A DNA stretch of 64,000 nucleotides. Source: Malacoraja senta (taxonomy: Eukaryota). Below the pieces are notes generated by a model, which saw only the letters and a list, made by a program, of their open reading frames with translations, searched no databases and was not told where the DNA came from. The stretch's first letter is position 1; every line of letters begins with the position of its first letter. Positions 50,269 through 62,370 of this stretch are shown in pieces. Position numbers and translations under genes: made by a program. The stretch spans positions 9,798,001 through 9,862,000 of the forward strand of contig CM075991.1 of the NCBI GenBank assembly GCA_038087875.1, written 5' to 3'.

Positions 50269-50967
50269 GTATTCCAGAGATACTCCGACGGAGATATCCA
50301 CCCAAAGAAGGGTCTCGACCAAAAACGTCACTTATTCCTTTTCCCCAGAGTTGCTGTCTGACCCGCTGAGTTACTCCAGCATTTTATGTCTATCTCCAGA
50401 GATACTCTAGCAGTTTGTCTTTTACTGAGGATTCCTTTGGATTGCGTTGATTCCAAAAGAATGCAAAGGACTAGGAAAGGATATTCAAGAATGCGTCTTG
50501 ATCTGTGGCGATTGTGCCAACTAATAATGGCCATTTACCCTTGAATTTTGTATCGCCTTGGTTCTCTATCAGCCATGATTGCTGCTTCAGTTAGCTGCCC
50601 ATGTACACTCCCCACTTAAAGCCCCAACTAGGCTGAGCAGCATTGCATCATGATGTGAGCTTGGGCCATCGGGAATCGCAGATATGCAGACTGCAAACAT
50701 GTCCTTCTCCCTAAAAGAGTACGATTTCTTGTGCGCTGAAAGATGGGGTGAAGGGAAGAGAGGTGCGCTTTGTGAATTATAGAAAGCAGATGCTTGCAGA
50801 TCTAAGCTCTGTGGAGTGGGAGAAGATTCGGGGCATGGGCACCACGCTGTGGCAGGCAGCATTTAAATCTGTTTCCATCAACGCCCAGGCATAAATAGAA
50901 TACTCCTCAATAACAAAGACAAGAAGGCTCAAGAGAGAACAGGAGATTTACTGACACACTCTGAACT

Positions 50968-51256
50968 GGGGCGGCACGGTGGCGCAGCGGTAGAGTTGCT
51001 GCCTTACAGCAGCAGAGACCCGGGTTCGATCCTGACTATGGGTGTTGTCTGTACGGAGTTTGTACCTTCTCCGCATGGCTTGCCTGAATTTTCTCCGAGA
51101 TCTTCGGTTTCCTCCCACACTCCAAAGACTTACACATTAGTTGGTTAATTGGCTTGGTATAAGTGTAAATTGTTCCTCCTGTGTGTAGGATAGTGTCAAT
51201 GTGCGGGGATCGCTGGTCGGCACGGACTCAGTGGGCCGAAGGGCCTGTTTCCGCCC
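50968..51256 (+). mobile_element. V-SINE (HE1-like)
   Basis: ggggcggcacggtggcgcagcggtagagttgctgcc...ggttcgatcc. Confidence 0.9.
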
Positions 51257-51298
51257 TGGTTGTTCCTCATTCCATCAGTGGACGGATCCCACAGAATC

Positions 51299-51433
51299 CG
51301 TCTGAAGAAGGGCCTCGACCCGAAACGTCACCCATTCCTTCTCTCCAGAGATGCTGCCTGTCGCGCTGAGTTACTCCAGCTTTTTGTGTCTATCTTCGGT
51401 TTAAACCAGCATCTGCGGTTCCTTCCTACACTC
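51299..51433 (+). mobile_element. Penelope-derived hammerhead element, single orientation
   Basis: 12-bp TSD tcccacagaatc at 51287-51298 and 51434-51445; core ctgaagaagggcctcgacccgaaacgtc. Confidence 0.85.
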
Positions 51434-51944
51434 TCCCACAGAATCTTAGCATTGGGACCTCGGAGGCTAGTTACTGGAGGGCAACCCACCTTCCCGCAGC
51501 AGAGGAAGGGGAGAAATGAGCTAAAGTCACGGCAATGGCCAGAATCAGGCCCTCTCATAGACGAACTGAGGCCCAGGCCAATTTCAATGTTAGAGACCCC
51601 CAAATCAAGATCCCTTTGAAGCAGACAGGCATGAGGCCCATGCCAAATGGCACTCATTGCTCCCCCCCTGATTGGGCCTGGCCATTATACAGATAACAAC
51701 AGCACTGTGTTGTGGGGCAGGCCTCAGGAAAGTGGTTTGAATGCATGGATAAACAGAAGGGTTGTTCACAAAGGCCCCTTTGGTTCCTCTGAGTAGTTCT
51801 GAGCACTAGTGTAGGAAGGAACTGCAGAAGCTGGTTTACACTGAAGATCGACACAAAACACTAGAGAATCTCAGCGGGTCTGGAGAGAAGGAAACAGAAG
51901 GGTTGCCTTTTTCCACCGTCTTCACACCAGGGGCCGACATGTTG

Positions 51945-52458
51945 ACATAAACATAGAAAATAGGTGCAGGAGGAGGCCATTTGTCCCTTCTAACCTGCAC
52001 CGCCATTCATTGTGATCATGGCTGATCATCCACAATCAGTAACCCGTGCCTGCCTCCTCCCCATATCCCTTGATTCCACTAGCCCCTTGAGCTCTATCTA
52101 ACTCTCTTTTAAATTCATCTCGTGAATTGACCTCCACTGCCCTCTGTGGCAGAGAATTCCACAGATTCACAACTCTCTGGGTGAAAAAGTTTTTTCTCAT
52201 CTCATTTTTGAAATGGCCTCCCCTTTATTCTTAGACTCCCCCAACATTGGGAACATTTTCCCTGCATCTAGCTTGTCCAGTCCTTTTATAATTTTATATG
52301 TTTCTACAAGATTCCTCTCTCATCCTTCTAAATTCCAGTGAATACAAGCCCAGTCTTTCCAATCTTTCCTCATATGACTGTCCCGCCATCCAGGGGATTA
52401 ACCTCGTGAACCTACGCTGCACTGCCTCAATAGCAAGGATGTCCTTCCTCAAATTAGG
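51945..52458 (-). mobile_element. CR1-like 3' fragment
   Basis: [22 protein letters not shown]...YEERLERLGLYSLEFRR. Confidence 0.9.
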
Positions 52459-52707
52459 ACGAACTAGAGCAGAAGAGCGCAGGTTTAAAAAAAAAAAACA
52501 GGCATTCGTCGCAAGTTGTAAAAATGCGTCGAGAATTTTGTTTTTCTCTCTCGTTTTTCTGCCTTGCCAATAATGCGGACGGTGAGCTTTTCTGCGCACG
52601 GTGCTCAGGGAAGCCAGGCCACTGGCTGTCAGAGCAGGAAGATTTCAGAGCTGCATTCGTGTCTGAGGTTGTCTTGAGGGGGTTGCGGGACGGCTTTGCA
52701 AAATGTG

Positions 52708-52721
52708 GTTGCCATGGCGAC
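52708..52721. promoter_or_regulatory. Candidate RFX X-box
   Basis: GTTGCCATGGCGAC, 13/14 match to the palindromic RFX consensus GTTGCCATGGCAAC, in unique CpG-containing DNA. Confidence 0.4.
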
Positions 52722-52958
52722 CGGGAAAAAAATGAAACCGCTCGGAGTTCACCTGGGACCAACAGCCACACATCTGCTATTTTAAGAGCCAGGCTTCTGG
52801 AATCTACCTTAACCCTTTCTAGTGATTGCGTCGTTCATCTGCCCAACCATGGCCACCATCTGCCCATCTGCTCCGGTTTGGCTGAATGTCAGCCGGCACA
52901 GGAAACAGGCCGTTCAGCCCACCAAATCCATGCTAGCTCTAAAGCATCCAATCGCATG

Positions 52959-53424
52959 GGCGGCATGGTGGCGCAACGGTAGAGTTGCTGCCTCACAGTG
53001 TCAGAGATCCGGGTTCGATCCTGGGGGGGGGGGAGATTGCAGCCTCCAGCCTCCGCCCTGTTTCGACGAATGCAATCAACCCGGCGTGCACAACCAAGTA
53101 AGATCAAATAGAACAAGTTGTCCAACAACTTTAGGCTGTGCACGCCACACGCAAGATAAAAGAAGAAGAAGGTTCGATCCTGACTACTGGGGCTGTCTAT
53201 GCAGAGTTTGCACGTTCTCCCTGTGACCGCGTGGGTTTGCCCCCGGGTGCTCCGGTTTCCTCCCACATCCCAAAGACGTACAGGTTTGTAGGTTAGTTAG
53301 CTTTGATTAATATTGTAAACTATCCCTGGTGTGAGGGATAGAACTAGTGTACGGAGTGATCGCTGGTCAGTGTGGACTCGGTAGGCCGAAGGGCCTGTTT
53401 CCGCGCTGTATCACTAAACTAAAC
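52959..53424 (+). mobile_element. V-SINE interrupted at its B box
   Basis: Head to 53023; resumes at 53171. Confidence 0.85.
53024..53170 (+). mobile_element. 147-bp short retroposon (possibly Ingi/Vingi-like non-autonomous) with an HDV-like ribozyme scaffold
   Basis: 12-bp TSD ggttcgatcctg; 5' G-run; gattgca/tgcaatc pairing; (AAG)n tail. Confidence 0.65.
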
Positions 53425-53539
53425 CCCCTCCCCCCCACCACCACCCTCCCAACCCTACTTCTCTCCTAACCCTTGTTCCGTCAGCAGATCTGTGCCAACT
53501 CTACTGAATGCCTGCACCGCCATCACAGGGTAGGTATTA

Positions 53540-54099
53540 AGGGGCTGTCCCACTTGGGCGACCTAATTGGCGAGTTTAGAAGCGTTTGAAAAAATGACAT
53601 GTTGAAGACCTCCTTCAACGTCCTTCGACTATGTTGATGATCAGCTACAACTAGCTACGACTAACTTCGGGAAAGTTGGACACCGAATAGTGGACATGGA
53701 AGACGACCTCCTCCGATCTCCTTCGATCTCCTTCGATCTCCTTCGATCTCCCTTCAACTATGATGAAGACTATCTACGACTACCTTCGACTACCCTCGAT
53801 TACCTACGACTAACATGCCGACCTACTACGACCTACTATGACCTACTACGACTAAACCTACGAGTAAAAAAAGTATCGATTTTTTCCATGGCGACCTTTT
53901 TTTACTCCCGGGCATTTTTTAACATATTGAAAGAAACGCCGCGATCTAGCTGAGGCCTCGAGTACGCGGAGACCACTCTCGAGCATGAAGGAGAGTTAGG
54001 AAGACCTCCTACGACCTCGTGTCGACCATGCTGCGAGTATGAGTCGAGGGCAAACTCGCCAGAACTTGCGGATTAGGTCGCCCAAGTGGGACAGCCCCT
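53540..54099. mobile_element. PIF/Harbinger-type MITE (type D)
   Basis: 28-bp perfect TIR aggggctgtcccacttgggcgacctaat; TTA/TAA-type flanks. Confidence 0.9.
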
Positions 54100-54356
54100 T
54101 ACGTGGTCACAGGATAGGTATTAGTGGGGGAAGTAACCAAGGGAAGTAACCATGGTGCCCAGGCCTGATCAACATGGAGATGCCTTTCCAGCAGAATCTG
54201 CTGGTTAATGGTTGGAAGCAGGAGCTCTGCCAGTCCTTCATTCCCCTCAAGCCAGCACCTTGGAGGCAATTTGCTCCATCACCCCCGCAACAGATCATGC
54301 TGAGCAAGAGTTGCAATGTTACAGGGGGAAGGGGAGTGCTATTGATCAACAGCTCG

Positions 54357-54667
54357 GTGCGGCACGGTGGCGCAGCGGTAGAGTCGCTGCCTTACAGCGC
54401 CAGAGACTTGGGTTCAATCCTGACTACGAGTGTTTGCCTGCACAGAGTTTGTATCATGTTCTCCCCGTGACCTGCGTGGGTTTTCCCCGGCATCTCCGGC
54501 TTCTTCCCACACTCCAAATACGTACAGGTTTGTAGGTCAATTGGCTTCAGTAAAAATTGCAAATTGTCCCAAGTGTGTGTAGGATGGTGTTAGTGTTCGG
54601 GGATCACGGGCCGGCGTGGGACTATTTCCGCGCGGTATCTCTAAACTAAACTAAGCTAAACTAAAAC
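54357..54667 (+). mobile_element. V-SINE (HE1-like)
   Basis: Full copy. Confidence 0.9.
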
Positions 54668-54735
54668 TGTTTTGACCATGGGTCAAACTCGGGACATGCC
54701 TGCAACTGAATGAGTGTTCGGATCAGAGCCTGGTG

Positions 54736-55150
54736 TTTGGGTTGGGTTGGGCTGAGTTGGGTTGGGTTGGGCTGGGCTGGGTTGGGCTGGGTTGGGTTGG
54801 GTTGGGCTGGGTTGGGTTGGGTTGGGTTGGGTTGAGCTGGGTTGGGTTGAGCTGGGTTGGGTTGGGCTGGGTTGTGTTGGGTTGGGCTGGGTTGGGCTGG
54901 GTTGGGTTGGGTTGGGTTGGGCTGGGTTGGATTGGGCTGGGTTGGGGGTTGGGTTGGGTTGGGCTGGGTTGTGTTGGGTTGGGCTGGGTTGGGTTGGGTT
55001 GGGTTGGGCTGGGTTGGATTGGGCTGGGTTGGGGGTTGGGTTGGGCTGGGTTGGGTAGGGTTGGACTGGGTTGGGTTGGGCTGGGTTGGGTTGGGCTGGG
55101 CTGGGTTGGGTTGGGGGTTGGGCTGGGTTGGGTTGGGTTGGGTTGGGTTG
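54736..55150 (+). repeat. (GGGTT/GGGCT)n pentanucleotide satellite
   Basis: Direct observation; second short tract at 56070-56128. Confidence 0.95.
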
Positions 55151-55649
55151 AGCGTGAGGTGGGAGGGTGCGTTTAGAGCTGGGTCAGGATGGGTTAGGAT
55201 GGGAGTCTGAGCCTTGCTTTAGTGGAGGAATGGAAGCCTGTGCCTTGGATTTGGGGAAGGGTAATTGGCATTGGCCAAAAATGATGGATGGGACCCATAA
55301 ATGTGGAGGGAGCTTTCAAACACAACTTAACCATCTTAAATCTGCCTGGGACTCAAGGTTTCAAGGTCAAGGTTTCAAGGTCAGTTTATTGTCACATGTA
55401 CCAATTAAGGTACAGTGAAATTCGAATTACTCAAGCATCAAGGGTCAAGAGTGTTTAATTGTGTTAGGTAACGGGAACAGAACAATGGAGGCAATTACTT
55501 GCTGCAGCTTAATAGGCCCATAAAGGCTACAACACATAGATAAATATTTAGTAATCAATAATACAATAAGTGAATAATCATAATACTTGGGAACCATAAT
55601 ACTGCAAAACCAGTTGATCAGACAACATAAGGGAACTTTACTTCGTAAT

Positions 55650-56000
55650 TTCATAAGTGATAGCAACAGAATTAGGCCATTCGGCACATCAGGTCTACTC
55701 CCCGATTTAATCATGGCTGATCTATCTCTCCCTCCCAAGCCCATTCTCCTGTGTTCGTCGATAACCCCTGACTCCCGTACTAATCAAGAATCTATCTATC
55801 TCTGCCTTAAAAATATTGATGGCCTCCACAGCCTTCTGCGGCAATGAATTCCACAGATTCACCACCCTCTGATTAAAGAAATTCCTCCTCATCTCCTTCC
55901 TAAAGGAATGTCCTTTAATTCTGACATGACCACTGGTCCTAGAATCTCCCACTAGTGGAAACATCCTCTCCACGTCCACTCTATCCAAGCTTTTCACTAT
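55650..56000 (-). mobile_element. CR1-like 3' fragment
   Basis: KSLDRVDVERMFPLVG...FFNQRVVNLWNSLPQKAVEA. Confidence 0.85.
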
Positions 56001-56125
56001 TCAATTTATTCTTTTTCTAAACTGTGGTGAGTTTGCTCTGGGAATCTTTGTTGGAAAACTGTATTCTCTTTGGGTTGGGTTGGGTTGGGTTGGGTTGGGC
56101 TGGGTTGGGTTGGGTTGGGCTGGGC

Positions 56126-56310
56126 TGGATTTAAGAGAGAGTTAGATAGAGCTCTAGGGGCTAGTGGAGTCAAGGGATATGGGGAAAAGGCAGGCACGGG
56201 TTATTGATAGGGGACGATCAGCCATGATCACAATGAATGGCGGTGCTGGCTCGAAGGGCTGAGTGGCCTCCTCCTGCACCTATTTTCCATTTTTCTATGT
56301 TTCTATGTTT
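56126..56310 (+). mobile_element. CR1-like 3' end
   Basis: FKRELDRALGASGVKGYGEKAGTGY and tail. Confidence 0.85.
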
Positions 56311-56844
56311 CTTTCGAACCTCTGCTTTCCCTCTTCTGGGGGTGTTAGATGGTCATAACGTCATGAGGAATATGAGTGGAATTAGGGCCATTCAGCCCAT
56401 CAAGACTCCGCCACTCAACCACGGCTGATCTATCTCTCCCTCCTAACCCCATTCTCCTGCCCTGTCCCCATAACCTTTGACACCCTGACTATGCACTCAG
56501 CTCATCTACGCCCCCTGACGTATACTTGATGTGGGACGGATCTGTGCCCTGTTACAAATGTCCACAGGAGAAAACGAAAAACAGTAACTTGTGCAACTGA
56601 CAATCGCACCGAAAGTGACGGCAACAGCAACATGGAAACAGAGTATGTTTTTCTTGTAAGATCAATTTAAGGTTATAATTCGAGCCTGTCTACAGGATAT
56701 GGATCGAAAGATGCTTGGGCTGGTTATTGATTAAATGCTGCCGCCTTCCAAAAGGCACTAAATCGAGCTGTGCTCACAGAGGTTAGAGCATCTTGGCTAC
56801 AGGCTCATTCAAACCTTCCGAAGAAGCCTGGCATTGACCTCGTC

Positions 56845-57065
56845 CAGTTTTTCACAATCTATATTGACAATTTGGCCGAGGGGGACCAATGTTATATTTC
56901 CAAGTTTGCTGACAGTACTAAACTAGGTGGGAGAGTGAGCTCGGAGGAGGATGTAAAGAGGCTTCTGGGGGACGTGGATGAGCTGAGTGCGTTGGCGAGA
57001 ACATGGCGCTTGGAAGATAATGTGGAAAAATGTGAGATCATCCACTCTGGTGCACACAACAGAAA
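56845..57065 (+). mobile_element. Old CR1 reverse transcriptase fragment
   Basis: FFTIYIDNL...ISKFADSTKLGG...W..NVEKCEIIH (degenerate FADDTK motif). Confidence 0.85.
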
Positions 57066-58050
57066 AGTAGTCATTGTTCAACGGTGAGGGACTTTCACTG
57101 TATATTAGTTTTAGTTTTAGCATAGAAACAGGCCCTTCAGCCCGCCGAGTCCCTGCCGACCCCTACACTACACCAGTTCTATTCTAAACACTGGGGTCGA
57201 TTTACCGAAGTCAATTCCATTCTCCTGCCTTCTCCTCACAACCTCTGACACCTGTACTAATTAAGAATCTATCTATCTCTGCCTTAAAAATATCCATTGA
57301 CAGCCTTCTATGGCAAAGAATTCCAAAGATTCACCACCCTTTGACTAAAGACATTTCTCCTTATCTCCTTCCTAAAAGAACGTCCTTTAATTCTGAACAG
57401 AATGTATTTTAAAGGCGCAGATGAACATATTCTTGATTAGTAAGGGTGTCAGGGGTTATGGGGAGAAAGCAGGTGGAACGTGGTTGAGAGGGAAAGGTAG
57501 TTCTGCCATGTTTAAATGGTGAATTGGTCCTGATGGGCCGAATGGTCTAATTCTGCTCCTGGTACTTATAAACTTAGAGGAATTACTCCTCTCAGAGATT
57601 GGTGAAACTTTCAGCGCTCTACCCCGGAAGCAGAATCATTCAAACCAGAAACGGCTATTAAGGGAACACAAAGGGAAACGAGGATAGCACAGGAAAATAG
57701 AGCAAGTTAGATAATCATTCATAACATAACGAAAGGCAGAGCAGGCTTGAAGGGCAGGATAACCCTAACTCAGATTCATTTCCTATCTTCTGTTGTTAAT
57801 TCACTTAAAGATTACAGGTCAGGTAGCACCTCGCAATGAAAGGAACCTGATAGATAATCATCTTTGGGCTCATAAAGACTGCGGAATAATGGGCCCATGG
57901 TAATCAGGCTTGTACATCAGGATGTTTCAACATTTTGGGCTGAGTTCAGTTATCAGTTTAATGGCTCATATTTAAACATGAAGCTCTGGCTCCTCTCCAC
58001 AGCCCTGTATCTCTCACTCATGCAGTGACTGACTTTAAGTTTACAGAATT

Positions 58051-58515
58051 GGGCGACATGGTGGTGCAGCGGTAGAGTTGCTGTCTCAAGGGCCTGTCCC
58101 ACTTGGGCGTTATTTGCGCGTCATTTACGCGACATCATTTACGCGTCACGACGCATGACTCGCACGCATGGTGCGTATTACGTGAGCATTGTGCGTGGTG
58201 ATGCAGGCAGTGATGTCCCCAGGATTTTGGGATGTACAAAATCTTCACGCACCATCTGCGTGACGCGCAAATGACGCCCTAGTGGGACAGGCCTTTCACA
58301 GCGTCACATACCTGGGTTCAACTATGTGTACTGAGTTTGCACATTCTTGCGTGGGTTTGCTCCGGGTGCTCTGGTTTCCTTCCACATTCCAAAGACGTAC
58401 AGGTTTGTGGGTTAATTGGTTGGATAAAATTGTAAATTATTCTAGTGTGCAGGGATCGCTGGTCAGCGTGGACTGGGTGGGCCGAAGGGCCTGCTTCCAC
58501 ACTGTATCTCTGACT
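58051..58515 (+). mobile_element. V-SINE interrupted by a MITE
   Basis: Head to 58088; resumes at 58296. Confidence 0.85.
58089..58295. mobile_element. PIF/Harbinger-type MITE (type C)
   Basis: TIR agggcctgtcccact; TCA TSD at 58086-58088 and 58296-58298; homologous to 45005-45185. Confidence 0.85.
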
Positions 58516-59084
58516 TAAAAAATTAAATAAACTAAAAGATCTCAACCACAGAGGCAATAGGATTGTAGCAATTGGCCTCCTGGCAACTGGTTGTGAATTG
58601 GAGAATGAGGCAGCACTAATTGAGGCCATTGAACCCATCATATCTGGGCCAGCTCCTTGATAGAACTACAGTATCTGCTGGAACAGACGAGCCAGCCATG
58701 GTTGTTGAAGTATGTTCAGTGACATCGATCGATGGTGGGAATTTCTCCCCTCTCCCTCACCAACACCCCACCTCCCACCCACATCCAGCCTTCTCATCAT
58801 CATCACTAACAGTCCAAGCTTCCAGCTGAGATCTTCAGCAGTCCCGCAGGGTCAAGGATGACTCACTTCCTCTCCAGTGTTCTGTGCTGCGATGAAGTCC
58901 ATGTCGGAACAGCTGACTCGTCCACAGTTGGAGCAGGGTGGGCGGGTGTGGGTATTTTCTGAACTGGAATGCCCCCTTGATTGAGTTACCAGACAAGGTA
59001 ACCTGCATCCCACCCCATTGCCTCATCCACTATCCCATCCCCCCTTCCTCCACCCTCCCGTCCCCTTCAACCCAGATCTCTCCC

Positions 59085-59395
59085 TTTACTTTAGACTTTA
59101 GAGATACAGTGCATGGATAGGTCCCTCGGTCCACAGAGTCCGCGCCAACTAGCGATCAACCCATACTCTAGCACCATCCTACACACTAGGAACAATTTAT
59201 AGTTTTACCGGAGCCAATTAACCTACAAATCTGTACGTCTTTTGGAGTGTGGGATGAAACCAGAGCACACGGAGAAAACCCACGTGGTCACAGGGGGAAC
59301 GTACAAACTCCGTACAGACGGCACCCGTGGTCAGGATCGAACCCGGGTCTCTGGCGCTATAAGGCAGCAACTCTACCGCTGCGCCACTGTGCCAC
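59085..59395 (-). mobile_element. V-SINE (HE1-like)
   Basis: Full copy on the minus strand. Confidence 0.9.
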
Positions 59396-60897
59396 CTCCC
59401 TTTACATTACACATATTTCACTTCTATTCTCTCCTTATCTAACGCCCTTTCGTCTCATTTAGTCCCATTTAGCCACCCTTTTCATCTTTGTCCACTCATC
59501 TGCCGATCTAACCCCCTCCCCTCACCTGTATCCACCCGTCAGTCTTTGTCCCGCCTCGATCCCGTTTTTTCCAGCTCTCTCCCCCCCTACTTACAATCAG
59601 CCTGAAGAAGGGACCCGACCGAAAACATCCCCTATTGATGCCCTCCAGAGATGCTGCCTGACCCGCTGAGTCACTCCAGTGCTTTGCGTTCTATACCGGG
59701 TGGAAACAGCCCCTGTCTGAGTCAACATCTGCAGGCAGGGATTGCTAAAGGGAGGAGATGAAAATCAGAACACCACAGCCAACACACATCAGATTTGATA
59801 AGGAAATATTGCGGGTCAAAGATAAAGCGTCCGATACAAGTGCGGCTAATATATTAATGATGGCCTTGCTTTACAAACGAGAGTGAGACATAGTTCCTGA
59901 TGTGGAAGACCTGATGTGGAAGTGGCTTTGTCACTGTGTTGTGTGAAAATAAATCACAGTAATAGAGTTGTGGGTTAATAACCGGATACAGCTGAGTGCA
60001 GACCCAAGCGCTGGGGTACTTAACCTCGGTGTTTCTGCCTGCCCATTCATTAGCAACTCGTTCTCAATTCATGGGAGCAGATGAGAAATGTAACAGGGCA
60101 TTCTGTATTCAGGATACATTTGGTAATCTGTGAATTCAGTTCCCAGTAAAATCGTTATTGCCATCTGAAATGCCAAGGTGTGCTTTAACTTTCATTTACT
60201 GAGGGATGCAAAGATATCAATATTCTGCTGTTAAAGTCAGTGGACAGAACATTCATCTATCATCTTTAATGGCGGCTCACAGGAGCGGAAAAGTTAACAA
60301 AGCAAAAGTCGATGTTGGACTTCATCAGGAGAATTGCAGCCAGGCGATTAGAAACTTGGCAAAAAGCAAGACAGAAAATTATGGAAATGTCACGCCAGAG
60401 AAACCTTTGTCAGGACCTTTCTGTTGAAGGGTCGTCAAACTGAATAGATCAGCCATGACCGAATACTGGAGCAGACTCGATGGGCCGAATGGTCTAACTC
60501 TGCTCCTATATCTTATGATCTTTTGATCTTTGAACCATTAGCTCTGCTTCACTCTCTCCATAGATGCTGCCCGACCTGCTGAGTATTTCCAGTGCTTTCA
60601 GTTTTCTTTTCAGATTTCCAACATCTGTAGTTTCAGTTTTGATTTTTACTTTATAAAAGAGCGCCTTGAAAGGGGAGAAGAAATGAGGGAGTATTAAGGA
60701 GGGAATTCCAGGAAACTGGAAGCACTGCTCTGAATGCTGTATTCATGTTCAGGGGTGGGGAAGAGGGCAGAATTGGAGAAGTACAGAGATCCCAGAGGGT
60801 TTTAGGGCTGAAGGTGTGGAGGAGGATCATAAGGTCATAAGGAATAGTAGAATTATTAGTAGAATTAGTAGAAATTAGTAGAAATCGTAGAATTCGA

Positions 60898-61262
60898 TTG
60901 TTAAGGGCTTGGACACGCTAGAGGCAGGAAACATGTTCCCGATGTTGGGGGAGTCCAGAACCAGGGGCCACAGTTTAAGAATAAGGAGTAAGCCATTTAG
61001 AACGGAGACGAGGAAACACTTTTTCTCACAGAGAGTGGTGAGTCTGTGGAATTCTCTGCCTCACAGTAATAGAGGGCAGTGGAGGCAGCTTCTCTGGATG
61101 CTTTCAAGAGAGAGCTAGATAGGGCTCTTAAAAATAGTGGAGTCAGGGGATATGGGGAGAAGGCAGGAACAGGGTACTGATTGGGGATGATCAGCCAAGA
61201 TCACATTGAATGGCGGTGCTGGCTCGAAGGGCCAAATGGCCTACTATTGTCTATTATTGTCT
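60898..61262 (+). mobile_element. CR1-like 3' fragment nested in the tail of a minus-strand CR1 (60826-61468)
   Basis: LDTLEAGNMFPMLGESRTRGHSL...; host tail resumes at aattaggccattcagccc. Confidence 0.85.
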
Positions 61263-61502
61263 AATTAGGCCATTCAGCCCATCGTCTACTCTGCCATTCA
61301 ATCATGGCAGATCTATCTCTCCCTCTAACCCCATTTTCCTGCCTTCTCCCCATAACCTCTGACATCTGTACTAATCAAAAGTCTATCTATCTCTGCCTTA
61401 AATATATCCACTGACTTGGCCTCCACAGCCTTCTGTGGCAAAGAATTCCACAGATTCACCACCCTCTGACTACAGATGGTGGTGCTTTGAGGGGTCACGA
61501 TG

Positions 61503-61705
61503 TAGACACAAGGAACGCCAGATGCTGGTTTACAAATAAGCACAAAGGGCTGGAGTAACTCTGCGGGTCAGGCAGCATCTCTGGAAGACATGGGTAGGTG
61601 ACATTTCAGATCGGGGACCCTTCTTCAGCCTCAGAAGACTCCAAACTCATCAATCCATGTCTTCCAGAGTTGATGCCCATCCCGCTGAGTTACTCCAGCA
61701 CTTTG
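61503..61705. mobile_element. Inverted pair of Penelope-derived elements
   Basis: Minus-strand and plus-strand bodies around cttcttcagcctcagaag. Confidence 0.7.
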
Positions 61706-62057
61706 TGATTATTTTTTGGTCAGGATGTAAGACAAGGTTTTTAAAATAAAGGGAATATTGAGGTAATGCAGCACAGAGTGAATGGGCGGGTGAATGGATA
61801 GGAATCAGAACAGGGGACATGAGACTGAGAATTTAGTTTGAGAAATATTTGGACAGGTACAGGTTTAAAGGGGTATGGGCCAAATGCAGGCAGGTGGGAC
61901 TAGTGTAGATGGTATATGTTGGTTGGTGTGGGCAAGTTGGGCCGAAGGGCCTGTTTCCACACTCTATTATTTATGACTCTGTGAAAGGCACAAAGAGCAG
62001 ACAGAGAGAGTGGTTAAGAGTAGCCAAGTCTGGAAGTGGCAAGGACTTGTTTGGTTT

Positions 62058-62370
62058 AGGTGGCATGGAGGCGCAGCGGTAGAGTTGCTGCCTTACAGCG
62101 CTTGTAGCGTCGGAGACCCGTGTTCGATCCCGACCACGGGTGCTGTCTGTACGGAGTTTTACATTCTCCCCGTGACCTCCGTGGGTTTTCTCCAAGATCT
62201 TTGGTTTCCTCCCACACTCCAAAGACGTGCAGGTTTGTCGGTTAATTGGCTCGGTATACGTGTAAATTGTCCCCAGTGTGTGTAGGATAGTGTTAGTGTG
62301 CGGGGATCGCTGGTCGGTGCGGACTCGGTGGGCGGAAGGGCCTCTTTCCGCGCTGTATCTCTAAACTAAA
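62058..62370 (+). mobile_element. V-SINE (HE1-like)
   Basis: Full copy. Confidence 0.9.

Noticed and set aside
50968..51045. tRNA gene (A/B boxes)
   Set aside because: These are SINE heads followed by V-domain and LINE tail, with no complete cloverleaf; the same applies to all ~30 copies
54736..55150. Interstitial telomeric repeat
   Set aside because: Unit is GGGTT/GGGCT, not the vertebrate TTAGGG
54733..55210. GWVGL-repeat ORFs
   Set aside because: Pentanucleotide satellite translation
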